A stretch of 63,977 nt of DNA, the filler included, from Reticulomyxa filosa (lineage: Eukaryota; Protista; Foraminifera): assembly GCA_000512085.1 (NCBI GenBank). It is 17 parts of 17 records of this genome, joined end to end, with 100 filler letters (N's around TTAATTAATTAA, not from the genome) between each part and the next. Parts side by side here need not be neighbours in the genome. Positions count along the whole stretch, not along the records: positions 2,914 to 19,080 come from ASPP01028065.1; positions 19,181 to 22,198 come from ASPP01014459.1; positions 22,299 to 24,094 come from ASPP01003352.1; positions 24,195 to 28,880 come from ASPP01002885.1; 13 more parts are not named here. One strand, written 5' to 3'. Positions within the stretch are counted from its first letter, which is position 1. Each line of letters starts with the position of its first letter. This document shows, piece by piece, positions 11,480-24,246 of the stretch. The notes under the pieces are model-generated. The model ran no database searches. It was not told the DNA's origin and worked only from the letters and a program-made list of their open reading frames with translations. A program made the position numbers and the translations under genes.

Positions 11480-13059
11480 ATGTTTGGATTTTTCTCCCTG
11501 TTCTACCGAAACCCAAGAGTAGACGAAAATGGAGTGAATGCTATTCCAGCTTCTTATAAGAATATCAGAATACCCATAACGAACACAACAAAACTTATGG
11601 AACAAAAGCAGCAAAAACCACTTGGAATTTTTGAGGAAATTGGAAGTGTGTCCTCAGGTTGGTAACAAAGAGGAGGCCGTCCTAAAAAAAACCACGCATG
11701 CACACAACATATCACATATATACACACATGTGTGTGTTAGGGATTGTGGCGGAACTGCAGCAAGTGAAGGAGGGATTGGAGTTGACGTTGTCACAACAAA
11801 TGTGTGAAAACAAGCGATCGTCACTAATCCAAGGAAGTAATCGCTACTTTATCATTCAACACATATTGACTTATCCTGGTCCATTAACCTCGCTCATGTC
11901 CCAATCCCCTTCCGACGGATATAAAATATACACTGAAGCAGTCAAAAAAGACAAAGTTTAAAAAACTTGTATTATTTATTTTGCAATGTCATTTTGGCCA
12001 TTGTTTGTTATTACTTTGCCATGCGTTTGTGTGTGTGTATGTATCTGTGGTGTTAAGTATATTTTGGTTGGAACCATTGGACAAGGGACTGCCGAAGGCA
12101 TATGGGAACACACGTGGTTAAATACCAAGCGTTATTCCATTAAATCCCTCGCGAACCTTGTTTCTTGGGTATGCAAGATAGAGTAGTGTTACTTGATCAG
12201 TTGTCCATTATTTTCTTACAATTTCTTTGCCTTTTTTTCTCTTCATTCATATCACAATAAACGACAGGATTTGTCAAATGAGGCAACACAGCTGCCTTCA
12301 GCTGTTGTCAATTTGGACTGCAAATTTTCACGGCATGCTTGGAGAATGCAATTGGATATGGTTTCAAAAGGTATTAACAAAAAAAAAAAGCAATAATATA
12401 ATTTCAACACCCATATTCTAAAGTAGATCAACCTGAAGTCAATAATAATATCTTATTTGTGTTTTTTTTGGAAAAATCTTTTTTGGAAAAGAATTATCGG
12501 CGTCTTTGGGTTGGAAGTTAGCCAGTCATTGGACTATTGGGGGTAAAATTGGGAATTGTTACGAAACCCAAAAATCATGGTTTCAACTTGGCACTCGCTT
12601 CAATTTTGGGTATTCGAAGTCAGACAAACGTTTACGTTTCCAAAGTATTGAAGCAACATGGCGAAGTGACTCATCGTTGCTACAACTTTTTTACACCAAC
12701 TCGATTTCTGCTAACTTCGCTTTGACTTCACGCTTGATGTGGTCAATGGGAACTGGCAAAATACAATCTAGCATTGGCTATAGAGTTAACAAAATCAAAA
12801 GGTTTTTTTAGTGTAATGACTTCACATTCTGTTGTCATTTACTGAATAGTTTCAATTCGGGAAGTCTTCTGACTCTTGCAGGACGATTGTTGGAGAAATC
12901 ACGTCCAACGGAGTTGTTTGTCAATCCGTCACTATGCCACTATTGCCGTCTGTGACGCTGCGTTGGTATGGTGAACTAAATCATTGGGCTTCACCAGAGT
13001 TAATGCAACAAGGTGTTTTACCCCATAAATTCGGTATGCAATTGCATATTAACATTTAA
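11480..13059 (+). CDS. Tom40-like mitochondrial outer-membrane beta-barrel (Porin_3 family), about 6 exons
   Basis: PLGIFEEI (cf. PGxFEEL), EGLELTLSQ, alternating beta-strand segments, C-terminal beta-signal-like HKFGMQLHINI* (stop 13057-13059). Confidence 0.6.
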
Positions 13060-13497
13060 AACTTTTTGTCACCGATCTTGTTGGATAACAAATGTATGTA
13101 AATCAAGGGAAAAGCAGGAGTATGCTTTTCTTTTTGCCTTGCAATCAAACGTAGAGAAGCAAAGCGACCCAAAAAATGTTGTTTGTAATAAAATCTCGCG
13201 CCTCTTGTGAGGTAGTGTTTTTTTTGTTTCACAGATCTTGTTTGATTTTCAATTATACAAGCTGATAATTTTTTTGTGAGGTGAGACATACAATTTAGCA
13301 TATATTCAAATACTACTCTAACTTTCTTATCTTTTGGATCCCAAATTGTGTATTAGGTGAAAGTGTCTCGAAAATAAAAATTAAAAAGTTTGCAAAATTT
13401 TCTCCAAAAAAGAAAAGTCCGCCGCACTTGGCTAAAGAAAACGTAAAAACTCACATATTTTTTAGCACAAAGAAGAGAGCAATCAAAAAGCAAGCTT

Positions 13498-14500
13498 TTA
13501 AAAAAGTTGACTATGCGCTTTGACGTTGTCGGAAAAAGTAATGTTATCCCCTTTGGCATGGAAATTTTTGAAATGGCGTGACAAATTACTTTTTGTGGTA
13601 AACGCTTTGCCACATTCTCCACAATCAAAAGATTTTTGCTTCTTGCCTCTTAAGTGTGTTTCGTAATGCATAAGCAAGGCATATTTCCTATTATATATTT
13701 TTTTTTGAATAAAAAAATACAACAATTTAGTTATCTTTTTAAAAATAAAAATTCAAAATAAATACTTACCGTCCAAATCGCTTGTCGCAGTGCACACATG
13801 CGAAGGGCCTTATTCCCATGTGATGACATTCTAAATGCCTGCGTAACCCACTTGCATCAAAAAAAGATCGGGAACAAAAATCGCATACGTTATTTGTTAA
13901 CATTTCGGGAAACTGATACTTGTGCAGTTTGTTGCATTTGTCTGTAGTCAAATCTTTGAAATGGGTTCGGTAATGTTGTCGCATGTCCCAAGCAGTGCCA
14001 AACTTTTTTAGGCACCCAAAAAATAAGCACGCAAAAGGTTTAACATGGACTCGTTGAATGTGATTTTTCAATGCGCATTTGCTGTTACTTTCTTTTTTGC
14101 AGTATACACACGCCCATACGTGCGCTTTTGCGTGACCTCTGGTTGCTTTGTCTTTATCGATTCTTTTCGTTACTGCAACTTGTTTGCACGAGTGCAAATA
14201 AGCTTCTTCGTTGGTTAAAAAAAAGGGATGAGCATTTTTGACATTTTGTCACTGTAAGATCATAGCAAAAAACCTTGAAGAGAAGAATTGGCAATGTGTA
14301 CGTAAAAAAAATAAAAACTTACAAGCAAATAAACAACTTTCTTCGTGCAAAGAAATGGAATGTGAGTTATTTGGAAAAACAGCCGTGCAGCCTGGACATT
14401 CTATCATTTCTTGGATGGGATTGCATTCGTTGCTAGACCCTCTGAAAACACTGCTGGAAACTGTAGGACCCGTAAAAACAGTATTGGGCAGATTTAGTCA
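13498..14500 (-). CDS. C2H2 zinc-finger protein (multi-exon; 5' end uncertain)
   Basis: CVYC..H....H, CLFFGC..HYRTH, CDFC..H...H, CVHC..HYETH, CGEC..HFKNFH; intron around 13696-13768. Confidence 0.85.
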
Positions 14501-14809
14501 TTTGTCTCGTACATATTTGATGTTTGCTCATTGCTTTATCAATAGGTAAAAATTTGAAGCTGAGATATTGAAAATTATTGAAAAATAGCTTGAACACCTT
14601 TTTGTAGAGGAAGGGAAAAAAATTTTGATTTGTAGGGACATAGTTCGATATTATTTCGAGTCAAACAAAAAGTAATTACAAGTTTACAAAAACCATAAAA
14701 CAAAAATCTTATAAAAAAAAAAGCGATAGTGAAGAAAATCAGTGGAAATGTGCTATTTGAATATAAGGTCACACTTGCAAACTCGATCAAGGTGACTGGG
14801 ATTTGGATA

Positions 14810-17800
14810 TTAACTCCCTAATTCTGTGTTTACTTGCAATGTGGTGGTATGTGGATCTCCTAAGGCAGTACTATAAACTTTATACGCTTGCTCAAAATAT
14901 TGTTTTGCGTTTTGATATTCAGTTTTTGCTTCAAAAGATAATCCTAATACCCAAAAGAGGTCGCCAACTAATGTATGTGCATGCCCCAATACTTTTTTTC
15001 TTATATCCAATGAAATGTTATACAACTCTATGGCTTTGTCATATTGTCGTTTATTATAATATGAATTTCCAATATAATTGTATAGATCAGCAACATTGGG
15101 ATGATTCATACCAAAATTATTTAATTTGATTTGTAGTGCTTTTTCATAGTATTCAATTGCTTTGTCAAACATGTCTTTTTTAAAATGAGAATATCCTAAA
15201 TTATGATATAGCCAGGCAACATCATCATGATTATTACCTAAAATATTTAATTTTATTTTTAATGAATTCTCATAGCATTCAATTGCTTTATCATATTGCT
15301 CCTTATAAAAATAAGAATGTCCTAAATGATTATATGACCAAGACACATCGATATGATTATTTCCAAAAATATGTAATCGAATTTTTAATGCCTTTTCATG
15401 ACACTCAATTGCTTTGTCGTGTTGATTTGCGTTGCTATATGTGACTCCTAAATTTCCATAGGAAAAAGCGACATCAGCATGATTGATACCCAAACTAGCT
15501 AATCGAATTTCTAAAGCTTTTTCATGATATTCAACTGCTTTATCATATTGCTGTTTTTCATAAAAAGCAATTCCCAAACCATGATAGGAATAACTAATAT
15601 CAACTTGATTAGTTTCAGCATTATATAATCTTATTTTTAATGATTTTTCATAATATTCAATTGCATCATCATATTTGCCTTTTTCAAAATAACAATTTCC
15701 CAAATTATAATATGACCAAGCGACATCACTATGATTACCTCCCAAAAGATTTAATCTGACCTTTAATCCATTTTCATGACATTCTATAGCTTTATCATAT
15801 TGGCCTTTTTTAAAATAAGAATTGCCCAAGTTATTATAAGAAACAGCAACTTCGGTATGTTTATTTCCAAAAAGGCTTAATTTAATTTTCAATCCTCTTT
15901 CATTATATTCAATTGCTTTATCGGGCTGATCTTTATTATAATACACGTTTCCTATACCATGATATGTGTCAGCGACATTACTGTGATTCTCTCCAAAAAC
16001 CTGCAATCGAATTTTTAATGCACTTTCGTGACACTCAAGCGCTTTATCAAATTGTCCTTTGTTTTCATATACGTATCCTAAGTTATTGTATGAACTAGCA
16101 ACACCACCATGATTTACTCCAAAGAGGTTTAAGAGAATATTTGCTGCTTTGTCAAGGGACTCAATTGATTTGTCGTGATCCCCTTTATAGTAATATACAC
16201 CACCAATCAAATTATAAGAAATTGCAACATAGGTGTGATTATGTCCAAATGTGTTAACAGAAATTTCCAAATGCTTTTGTAAAGAACTCATTGAATCATT
16301 ATACATTTTTTTTTCTGTGCATTGTTCTTCTCTATCCTCTAATTCCTGTAATTGTACTGCAATATCATGATGTATGTAAGCATTCCATTGGATTGGTGAA
16401 ATAGCCTGTTTGACTTGTTGAGTTATGACAGCATTTTTTGTAACAAATGATTGTGTTGTAATATTTATGTTTTCTTTACATTGAAATTCACAATCAACAA
16501 TATATATATTTCCATCAAAATTTATTTTATCCGCTACAATAATTTTTCTTTTAATTGTGTATACAAAATACTCTCCAAATTTTTTTTTTTCAGGTTTGAA
16601 ATCATTATCCGTAAATGTGATAAAAGGAGACAAGCTATCATTTTCATTTTTCCATTCAGATACAGTATAAGTGACAACAATTAAGCCCTGTTCTTTTTTT
16701 TTGATCATTTGTTCGACTATTTTTGCTGCTTCTGAATTTGCTTTTCTCCAATTTCTATTCCAATGTTTTCTCGAATCCAAAGTTGGAACAGCATTATTTT
16801 TATTAACCTCCAACTGATCATATTTGGTCTCATAGCCATCGGCAGTAAGTTTGATTTGTGGTTGTTGGTTCGTTGCGACTGGGATCAAATAAATATCAGA
16901 TTGAATGAGCGAAATGGTTTGTTCAATTTCTCTTCCAACCATCTGGTCAAAAATAATTTTGCTGATTTGTTTGATAACAAATTCGAAACTTTTGTTAATA
17001 TTGTTTTGAATAGTTTGACAAAATATTTCAGTAAACCGACTTTTCTTTTTTTCAGTTTTTGGATTTTCAATAGTGATATTGACATAAATGGTGAATATGT
17101 CTTCATTATAATTGTACCATATCTTTTTTTGATTTATCTCATGTTCTCGATTATTTTTTATTGGGGTAATTTCTTCTGGTTCTCGATACATTATTTTTAT
17201 AAAAATTTTTGGCTTTCCAATAAAATATTCCGTCTTCAATATGAAATCATTTTGCACATCTTTCCAATCTTTTGTCTTCATATCGCTTGCCATTACTGTA
17301 TCTCCATTTGTTCCAAACCTCCCATAGCCACACCACACAAAAATTAACCCATCGTATGATTTATTCTTGTTGATATTACTTTTATTCTTGTTGTTGGATT
17401 CATCACTCAAATTTGAACAATGTTTCGAAATAAAATTACTCAATCCATTCAAAGTAAGTGATTCTGTAATAGCGCTTTCCGAATTATAGGTATTGAATAC
17501 TTGATAGCCAAATTTTGTTTGGAACAGTGTTTGCAACAAATTCAAATCTTGCTTTACATCTTCAAAGTAAGATTTTTCATATTTTATTGCTCCTGTTAAT
17601 AACACCAATGGATTTTTTACTGCATATGCTGATGGCGATGATACCAGCAGCGAAGGTGACGGTGATGGTGATGCTTCTTTTTTTCATTGGCCATTTACAT
17701 AAGCCCTGTTTGTGTAAGTGCATCAAGATATTATTATGAAAACACATGTTTTTAACTTGATTGAAAGCAGGCAATCAAATGTAGTTCGTTGTTTTTAATT

Positions 17801-17991
17801 GATTGGCGGAGTTGTTCGTCTTTTTCAATAGCACGTCCACTGCCATCCGTTATTTTCATCAATATCTTCCCTTCTTCGTCATTTTTGCTTTCTTTAATGA
17901 TTTGCTCTCTTACGCTTTCAACTGTTAAAGAAGTCAGATTTAACCTATAGTTCTTTGAACCACTGGTTACAAAGACTTTATATCGAAACAT
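14810..17991 (-). CDS. Small N-terminal domain + degenerate caspase-like domain + about 11 TPRs of 42 aa
   Basis: NPLVLLTGAIKY, DLNLLQTLF..FGYQV, YDGLIFVWCGYG, GKPKIFIK; repeats H..VA.SY.NLG..Y...G.YDKAIE.HEK.LKIRL. The splice or frame junction near 17680-17755 is unresolved. Confidence 0.8.
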
Positions 17992-18502
17992 TTTACAGCT
18001 TCTCTTTGTTGCAATTTCCACAATAATTTCTCAATCTAATGTGTTACTGTTAATCTTTTTTTTTTTTTTGCAAACCCTTGGCTCTGTGCTGCTGTAGTTC
18101 AAAAGTTTGTGTGTCCAAGTTTTTTTCTTATTTTTTTCCCCATTTTGTTGTGCGATTTTGTCATACAAAGTCACTATACGTGCAGTTTTTTTTTCACTTT
18201 CGTTTCCAATTTTTGAAACGTTAAGGTTTTCATGGAAAAACTTTTGGTTTGTTACAATTAAATTGGTTTGAGTAATGAAATTGCACGATGTACACCTAAG
18301 ATGGCAAAATCCAAAAAATCAAAATTGAAACGGAAAAAAAAAAAAACATGACTATATTTCCTGAAATGAGAAATTGTATTAGAGAGATTTGCGTTGATAA
18401 AGTAATACAAACCAAAGATATTCAAAAAACACAAACAAGCAAATAAGCAAGCAACGAACAAAGAGCAATTGGAATAAAAGTGAATACGTCAATGGATAAC
18501 GT

Positions 18503-19030
18503 TTAATCAGCGACACATTCACAGTGTTCAAAATAATTGGTTGGCAAATATCCCATAATGAGATTGGCCAACTTTGGGCCAATATTTTCGCTCAGAACGT
18601 CCTTCCACCAGGGGTGCCAAACGAACAGTTCATATTCCCAAGCAACTTTTTGGAGGACGCGTTGTGCCGAGTCGAAGTTGATAAGGGCATTGGTGGGCAG
18701 TATTTGCACGAGCAGCGTTTCTTCATAATACACCCGACCGCAATACAAATAGCCAATGACAGACGTAGTGAGCGCGCAATAGACCAGAGTAGTGGCCAAT
18801 GCAAAGTACTCTTTTTCTTGTAATGAGCTCCGATGTCCACTCCACAAATGCGAAAAGCGAAGCACAAGCATCCAAATGCTGCTTACCATAGGGAAAAAAA
18901 AGGCTATCATTCGACTCAAAACATAGATTGGCAGTAAGAAATAAAATATCAATACATAAGGAGAGATCCAGCAGAAATGCGCAGAATCTCTGGCTCGAAT
19001 AAATTTTTTGGAGATTGGATGGCGATACCT
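18503..19030 (-). CDS. Hypothetical membrane protein, 3' part
   Basis: Hydrophobic helices in ORF 18503-18952; contig ends upstream in poly-A. Confidence 0.55.
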   Translation of the reverse strand, partial: RYRHPISKKFIRARDSAHFCWISPYVLIFYFLLPIYVLSRMIAFFFPMVSSIWMLVLRFSHLWSGHRSSLQEKEYFALATTLVYCALTTSVIGYLYCGRVYYEETLLVQILPTNALINFDSAQRVLQKVAWEYELFVWHPWWKDVLSENIGPKLANLIMGYLPTNYFEHCECVAD

Positions 19031-19036
19031 TTATTG

Positions 19037-19080
<44 letters not shown>

Positions 19081-19185
19081 NNNNNNNNNNNNNNNNNNNN
19101 NNNNNNNNNNNNNNNNNNNNNNNNTTAATTAATTAANNNNNNNNNNNNNNNNNNNNNNNNNNNNNNNNNNNNNNNNNNNNTTTTT

Positions 19186-19226
<41 letters not shown>

Positions 19227-19279
19227 TTTATTATTGCAATTTATTTTTATTATTAATTTTTTTTTTTTTTTTTTTTGGA

Positions 19280-20236
19280 AGGGGATGCCTCTAAAGAGCA
19301 AAATCCTTTGGTATTTGTTGAACATTATTACAGATTCGCATTTTGCATATGTAATGTATTGTGCTTATATAAAAATTGTCAATATTAACATACCCACTGG
19401 TTTTGGATTTTTTTTGGGCACCGATTTAATGAGAGGGGATTGGACATGGCCCCTCAAATTGTCGATGTCCAACACCACCAATCCAAATACACTATCTTTA
19501 CTTTTCGTCTCATTTTCCATTTCTGTTATCTATTATTTCGATTTCTTTTTTTTTTTTAAACGAGGGGTACATTTAAAAAAAAAAAAAAAAAAGTATACGT
19601 AACTCGATACAATAGATTCACAAACGATTCAGGTGAATAAAAATTCGATGGCATTTTTGGTCCTTCGTTGATACTGTTGTTGAGCAAGCTCCTCTATTTT
19701 CAACATTCCGAACACATGCGACTAAAACGTATATGTTTAAAAAATTTTTTTGGGGAGGGAAAGTGGGCAAGGGAAAATAAATATCAAAAAGTAACTCTGC
19801 GATCCAAAACAGGGACAACACCAGCTGGGTGAATCCCTCCATTGAATATGTTGTCATTGGTATGTGGACTATGAATGGAACGATTGGAACGCACGTTGTC
19901 TCCTCCACTAGAACCGGTGTTCATATTTTCTGTTTCGCGCGGACTGCTGGGCAATTGTGCGATTGGACGAGCTTTCACACGATAACGGTTTATACTCGAA
20001 CGTTCGGGGGAAGCAACTGATTGTTGTTGTGATTGGACTGAAGATTGATGGTCGACAGGATCTGAGGATTGCCCTAGAGTTGAGTTGAACGCGTCCTGAA
20101 CAAATCAATTTCACGTGCTATATAGGAGGAAAACGGTCCACATGTGTGAGCGACAAGTTACCGTGAACTTTCTGAGGCGGGCTTGCCAAGGAGTTTGGCT
20201 GGAACGATCATCTTGATTGGTTTGCTCGTGGGCCAT
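19280..20236 (-). CDS. Multi-exon protein: disordered N-terminus, then the start of a GGDEF-like domain (truncated by the contig end)
   Basis: Spliced reading MAHEQTNQ..; exons 19693-19604 and 19529-~19394 give SNFYSPESFVNLLYR|ITEMENETKSKDSVFGLVVLDIDNLRGH. Confidence 0.5.
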
Positions 20237-21987
20237 CACAATTGTTTGCTCGTTTTATTAAATGCGTTTCACTCTATGTATTTATTTTCTGAAAACCTTG
20301 AGGAAATTAACTCTATCAATACTTTTGAGTATACAACTAGTGGTAAGGAAATATTGCCCATGATGACATGAGTTAATGTAATCAAAGTTACCGTCTAAAA
20401 TAAAGGTCGTAAATTTTGTAAATGATTGGTTTATCTTTCAAATTGATTTTAACTCAAAAAAAAACGTATCATATAGAAGTTATACGATTAATATCTTTTT
20501 ATAAACTACTCTTTTCAAACGCTGTTAACACAACAAATGCAACAATTTTAAATAAATTATTTCTATAATTTGGCATTTTGGTATTAACTTTTTTGTATTC
20601 TTATGTATGTTTTTGCAATAGAATCGTTGTAATTGATAATTTGTTTTCTGTATGTCTTAAATTCAAACACAAATTCGAATTTTTGAGTCATATGAACATA
20701 AAAAATAAGATAACAATATGAAAAACTTTGTAGTTTCTAAATATACTTTTAATTTTTAACAATTTTCAACTACGCTTTGCCTCATTAAGATAGTATGTCT
20801 ATCAATTTCTGAGGCAAATTAAGCATAACATTATACCTAAAAATTTTTCTGATTCAACACATATTTGGATTGTTATGTCTTAGCATGCAATAATATGTGC
20901 AAGTTATGGTACCTTTAATTCTTCAACTGATTTAAATTTCATAAAAAACTGTTTAAATTACCATTGTAGAAAAGTTTACATTCAGCCAATAACAAAAAGT
21001 CTGTTCCACTTCAATTATTACTTTCTTTGATTTTATGTCCAATAACTGCAAAATATTGTCAATGGGCATGATGTAACAGTACGTTTGTCAGATAAAAATT
21101 CTGAGTGATACTAGAGAAAAAACCAAAGACTGAATGTTCATAACTTCATTATTCCCCCTCCGATTTTACATCCCATAATCGAATTATTTTGTCTCATGAA
21201 CATGAATGGCTAACGTTTTATTCCATATAATGAAATTGTGCAAAATTAAAAGAATTTTGACTCAGAAAAAATCTAAAAAAGGAAAATCATCCAATTTTGT
21301 TTGTTTTCACCTAACTTGCTAAACAAGTGATAGTAATCAGTTGAATAAACAAACAAATCTTACCAACTAACACATCACTGTACAAAAAAACCTACAACCA
21401 CAACTGTTACCTCAAACATTTTTGTGGTGAAAGAAAAAAAAGATACACTACGTATTCAAATTTGTGCAAGCCCAAACATAAAGCTAACAACAAAAGAGTA
21501 AAGCTAAGAAAAGCGACAAAGGTGATAAAAAAAAAACCAATGGCTCAAAACAAGGGGATTAGACTTACATTACTACAATAAACAAAAAGCAAAAGAAAAG
21601 AAAGTCCATATAATTGAAAGTTGAATTCAAGTTTGTCAAAACAACAAAAATTCAACAACAATTTCTTTTTCTCTTTCTCCCCTTTCTTTTCTTCTTTAGT
21701 TGTGTTTCTTAAAAAACAACGACACCCTAAAAAGAAAAAAAACAAAATTAGAAAAAAAAAGCGACAGCTTACCAAAAAAAAAAAGAAACAACGAAAAGAA
21801 GCTAGTGCTTAGCACGCTCGCAATAATAGAAGTGCTATATAGGGTGGTTGTTTTGTAGAGAAGGGATTATCTTGTGTTGTATCTTCTCTCCAAATCTGAT
21901 GTATTCCAATGAAGTGTTTGTGAGGGGAAAAAGGAAAAAGATTGTGAACCTACACCATTGACTGTAAGCTTTGGCTGCAAACCGACA

Positions 21988-22156
21988 AATGAGGAAGACG
22001 TTATATGAGTTTGTCTTGGCGGGGGACAATAGACCTGTGAATAATCTGCAGAATGATTTCTCCACGCACGTCCATGCGTTCTGTGTTCAAGACTTTGAAA
22101 GCTTTCTAGTTCACGTGATGGATGCGAATGCACTGTGTGCATTTGATTTGGATACG
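21988..22156 (+). CDS. Hypothetical protein exon (fragment)
   Basis: MRKTLYEFVLAGD..CAFDLDT followed by a GT donor and poly-T at the contig end. Confidence 0.35.
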
Positions 22157-22157
22157 G

Positions 22158-22198
<41 letters not shown>

Positions 22199-22499
22199 NN
22201 NNNNNNNNNNNNNNNNNNNNNNNNNNNNNNNNNNNNNNNNNNTTAATTAATTAANNNNNNNNNNNNNNNNNNNNNNNNNNNNNNNNNNNNNNNNNNNNTC
22301 TTGACGATTCATCAGCACTTGTTACATTTCTTGTAATTCATGTGTTTGATTGATATTTTTTATCTTTTTAATCTACTTTTCTTCTTCTTTATTTTCTTTC
22401 ACTCGAAGACTAAAAGTTTATGTTTATATTGCTTTGATAAAGACATATCACAACAACTAAAAGTATGATAAAGGTAATGCAGAACTTCTATGATCGATA

Positions 22500-23560
22500 C
22501 TATTTATTCAAATATTCCCTATATTCAGTACCACTCGAATTTCCATTCACCACGACGCTGATAAGGCTGTCTTTCCTGGATTGTATATATTGCGTGGATA
22601 GACTTATGAACGCACTACAAAGCAATCCGATTTTGAATTGTGATTGCAACATACCAAGAGAAGACAGGAGCACAATTGCGTACACTCTGCTAATGGATTA
22701 GGTTGATGTTGCCTCTGTTATCCTTGATGGTGAATCATGATAATGCTATATTTTAAGATTGGTATTCGAATTGTGGATTGTCTCACAAATACCAATTATT
22801 GAATTTGTGGAGCCTGTCCCATATTATTTGTTTTCTAGAAAACTGATACATTTACTTAACAACATAACAAATTGGAAGCAACGTTAATAAGTCGAATTGC
22901 CATTTTCGATAGTTGATTGTTCGTGGGGACATTGAATAGGAAGCAGTTTGGGTAGCACAATTATCGGAGGAGCTCATAAATAGTGCCAATCCATCTACTA
23001 TTATCGATAAGATATTGAATACTATATACATGCTCTGAACACATAATAATCTCTACGCTTTCATTTGGATAAAGATTTTTGCTATTTCAAATCTATCTAT
23101 ATTTATGTATATACATATATATACAGGAATAACACACCAATTGAAGATAATTAAAGAAAGAGAAAGAGATAACTACTTTTTCCAAATTGAATTTAACAAA
23201 TTGATCATTTTTACTTTTGATGGCGATATTTGAGCAAGTAGGATTTGACCAAGTGGACCTATATTGTTTCAGCGCATAATGATGGACGGCGTTCATGTTT
23301 ACAATGGCATAACTGTTCATTTATTAGCGAGACAAGTGACCATTGAGAACGCAGGTATTACTATAACGACAGGATGTGCCATTGAGATTTTGTGCATTGC
23401 GAAAAGAATATCCTTTATTTTCTTGATCCGAATGTTCATTGTAAAATGTCCACCAATTTGTATTGATCGAATGGAGATCATACTCACGATATTGTAGATC
23501 GATCCAATATTATTTCCCAATCCAACATCCTTCATGTGTCTTTCGCGCTGACACTATTCG
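22500..23560 (-). pseudogene. Degraded gene of unknown family
   Basis: Protein-like frame GCWIGK*YWIDLQYREYDLHSINTNWWTFY..LSR**MNSY with in-frame stops and intron-like gaps. Confidence 0.4.
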
Positions 23561-24220
23561 CTGTTTATTATGTAAACGCAAAAACAACAATTAATTCAAA
23601 TTGTTTAGAAAGAAGGACAAAAGAATTAATATTTTTTAACCCCAATATTTCAAAGATACTCCATTATATAACGAAATAATCCATTCAATCATTTCATTTC
23701 AATCTTCCTTGATGACAATAAACCAATGCTCTTTGCAATCAAATTCGAATATCCAACTTTACTATCTTTCATACCAATTGTGTCTTCGAAATCTCTCCAC
23801 GTATCGCTGGTTTCTCTTTCATCTTCTTTGGTCTACTCTTCTTCTTTTTCTTCTCTTTCTCTTTATTTCATTCCACACCTGTACAATAAAAAGGTTCATG
23901 TTCACATTGTTAAGATATTACAACAACTGAAAATATGACTATATAAACAAACACACATAAAAAGGATACACTACTTAACTTTGTCGATATCCTTGAGCAG
24001 GATACAAATTATTTTCTTTCCATTAAAAAAATTAAAATATTTCAATTATTATTTTTTCTTTTTATTCTTTCTTATTCATTATAAAAATGTTCTTNNNNNN
24101 NNNNNNNNNNNNNNNNNNNNNNNNNNNNNNNNNNNNNNTTAATTAATTAANNNNNNNNNNNNNNNNNNNNNNNNNNNNNNNNNNNNNNNNNNNNTTTTTA
24201 AAAACCCGGAATTCAAACCC

Positions 24221-24246
24221 TTTCGGTTCCAACGTTGGAACCGAAA
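24221..24246. repeat. Perfect 26-bp palindrome TTTCGGTTCCAACGTTGGAACCGAAA
   Basis: Self reverse-complementary. Confidence 0.9.

Noticed and set aside
14205-14235. Programmed frameshift in the zinc-finger gene (and at 17678-17684)
   Set aside because: Both fall in A/T homopolymers, so sequencing error or unresolved splicing is more likely.
14803-17347. Plus-strand ORFs opposite the TPR gene, and similar antisense ORFs over WD40, amidase and ASPM-like genes
   Set aside because: Shadow ORFs with no motifs, explained by the real gene on the other strand.
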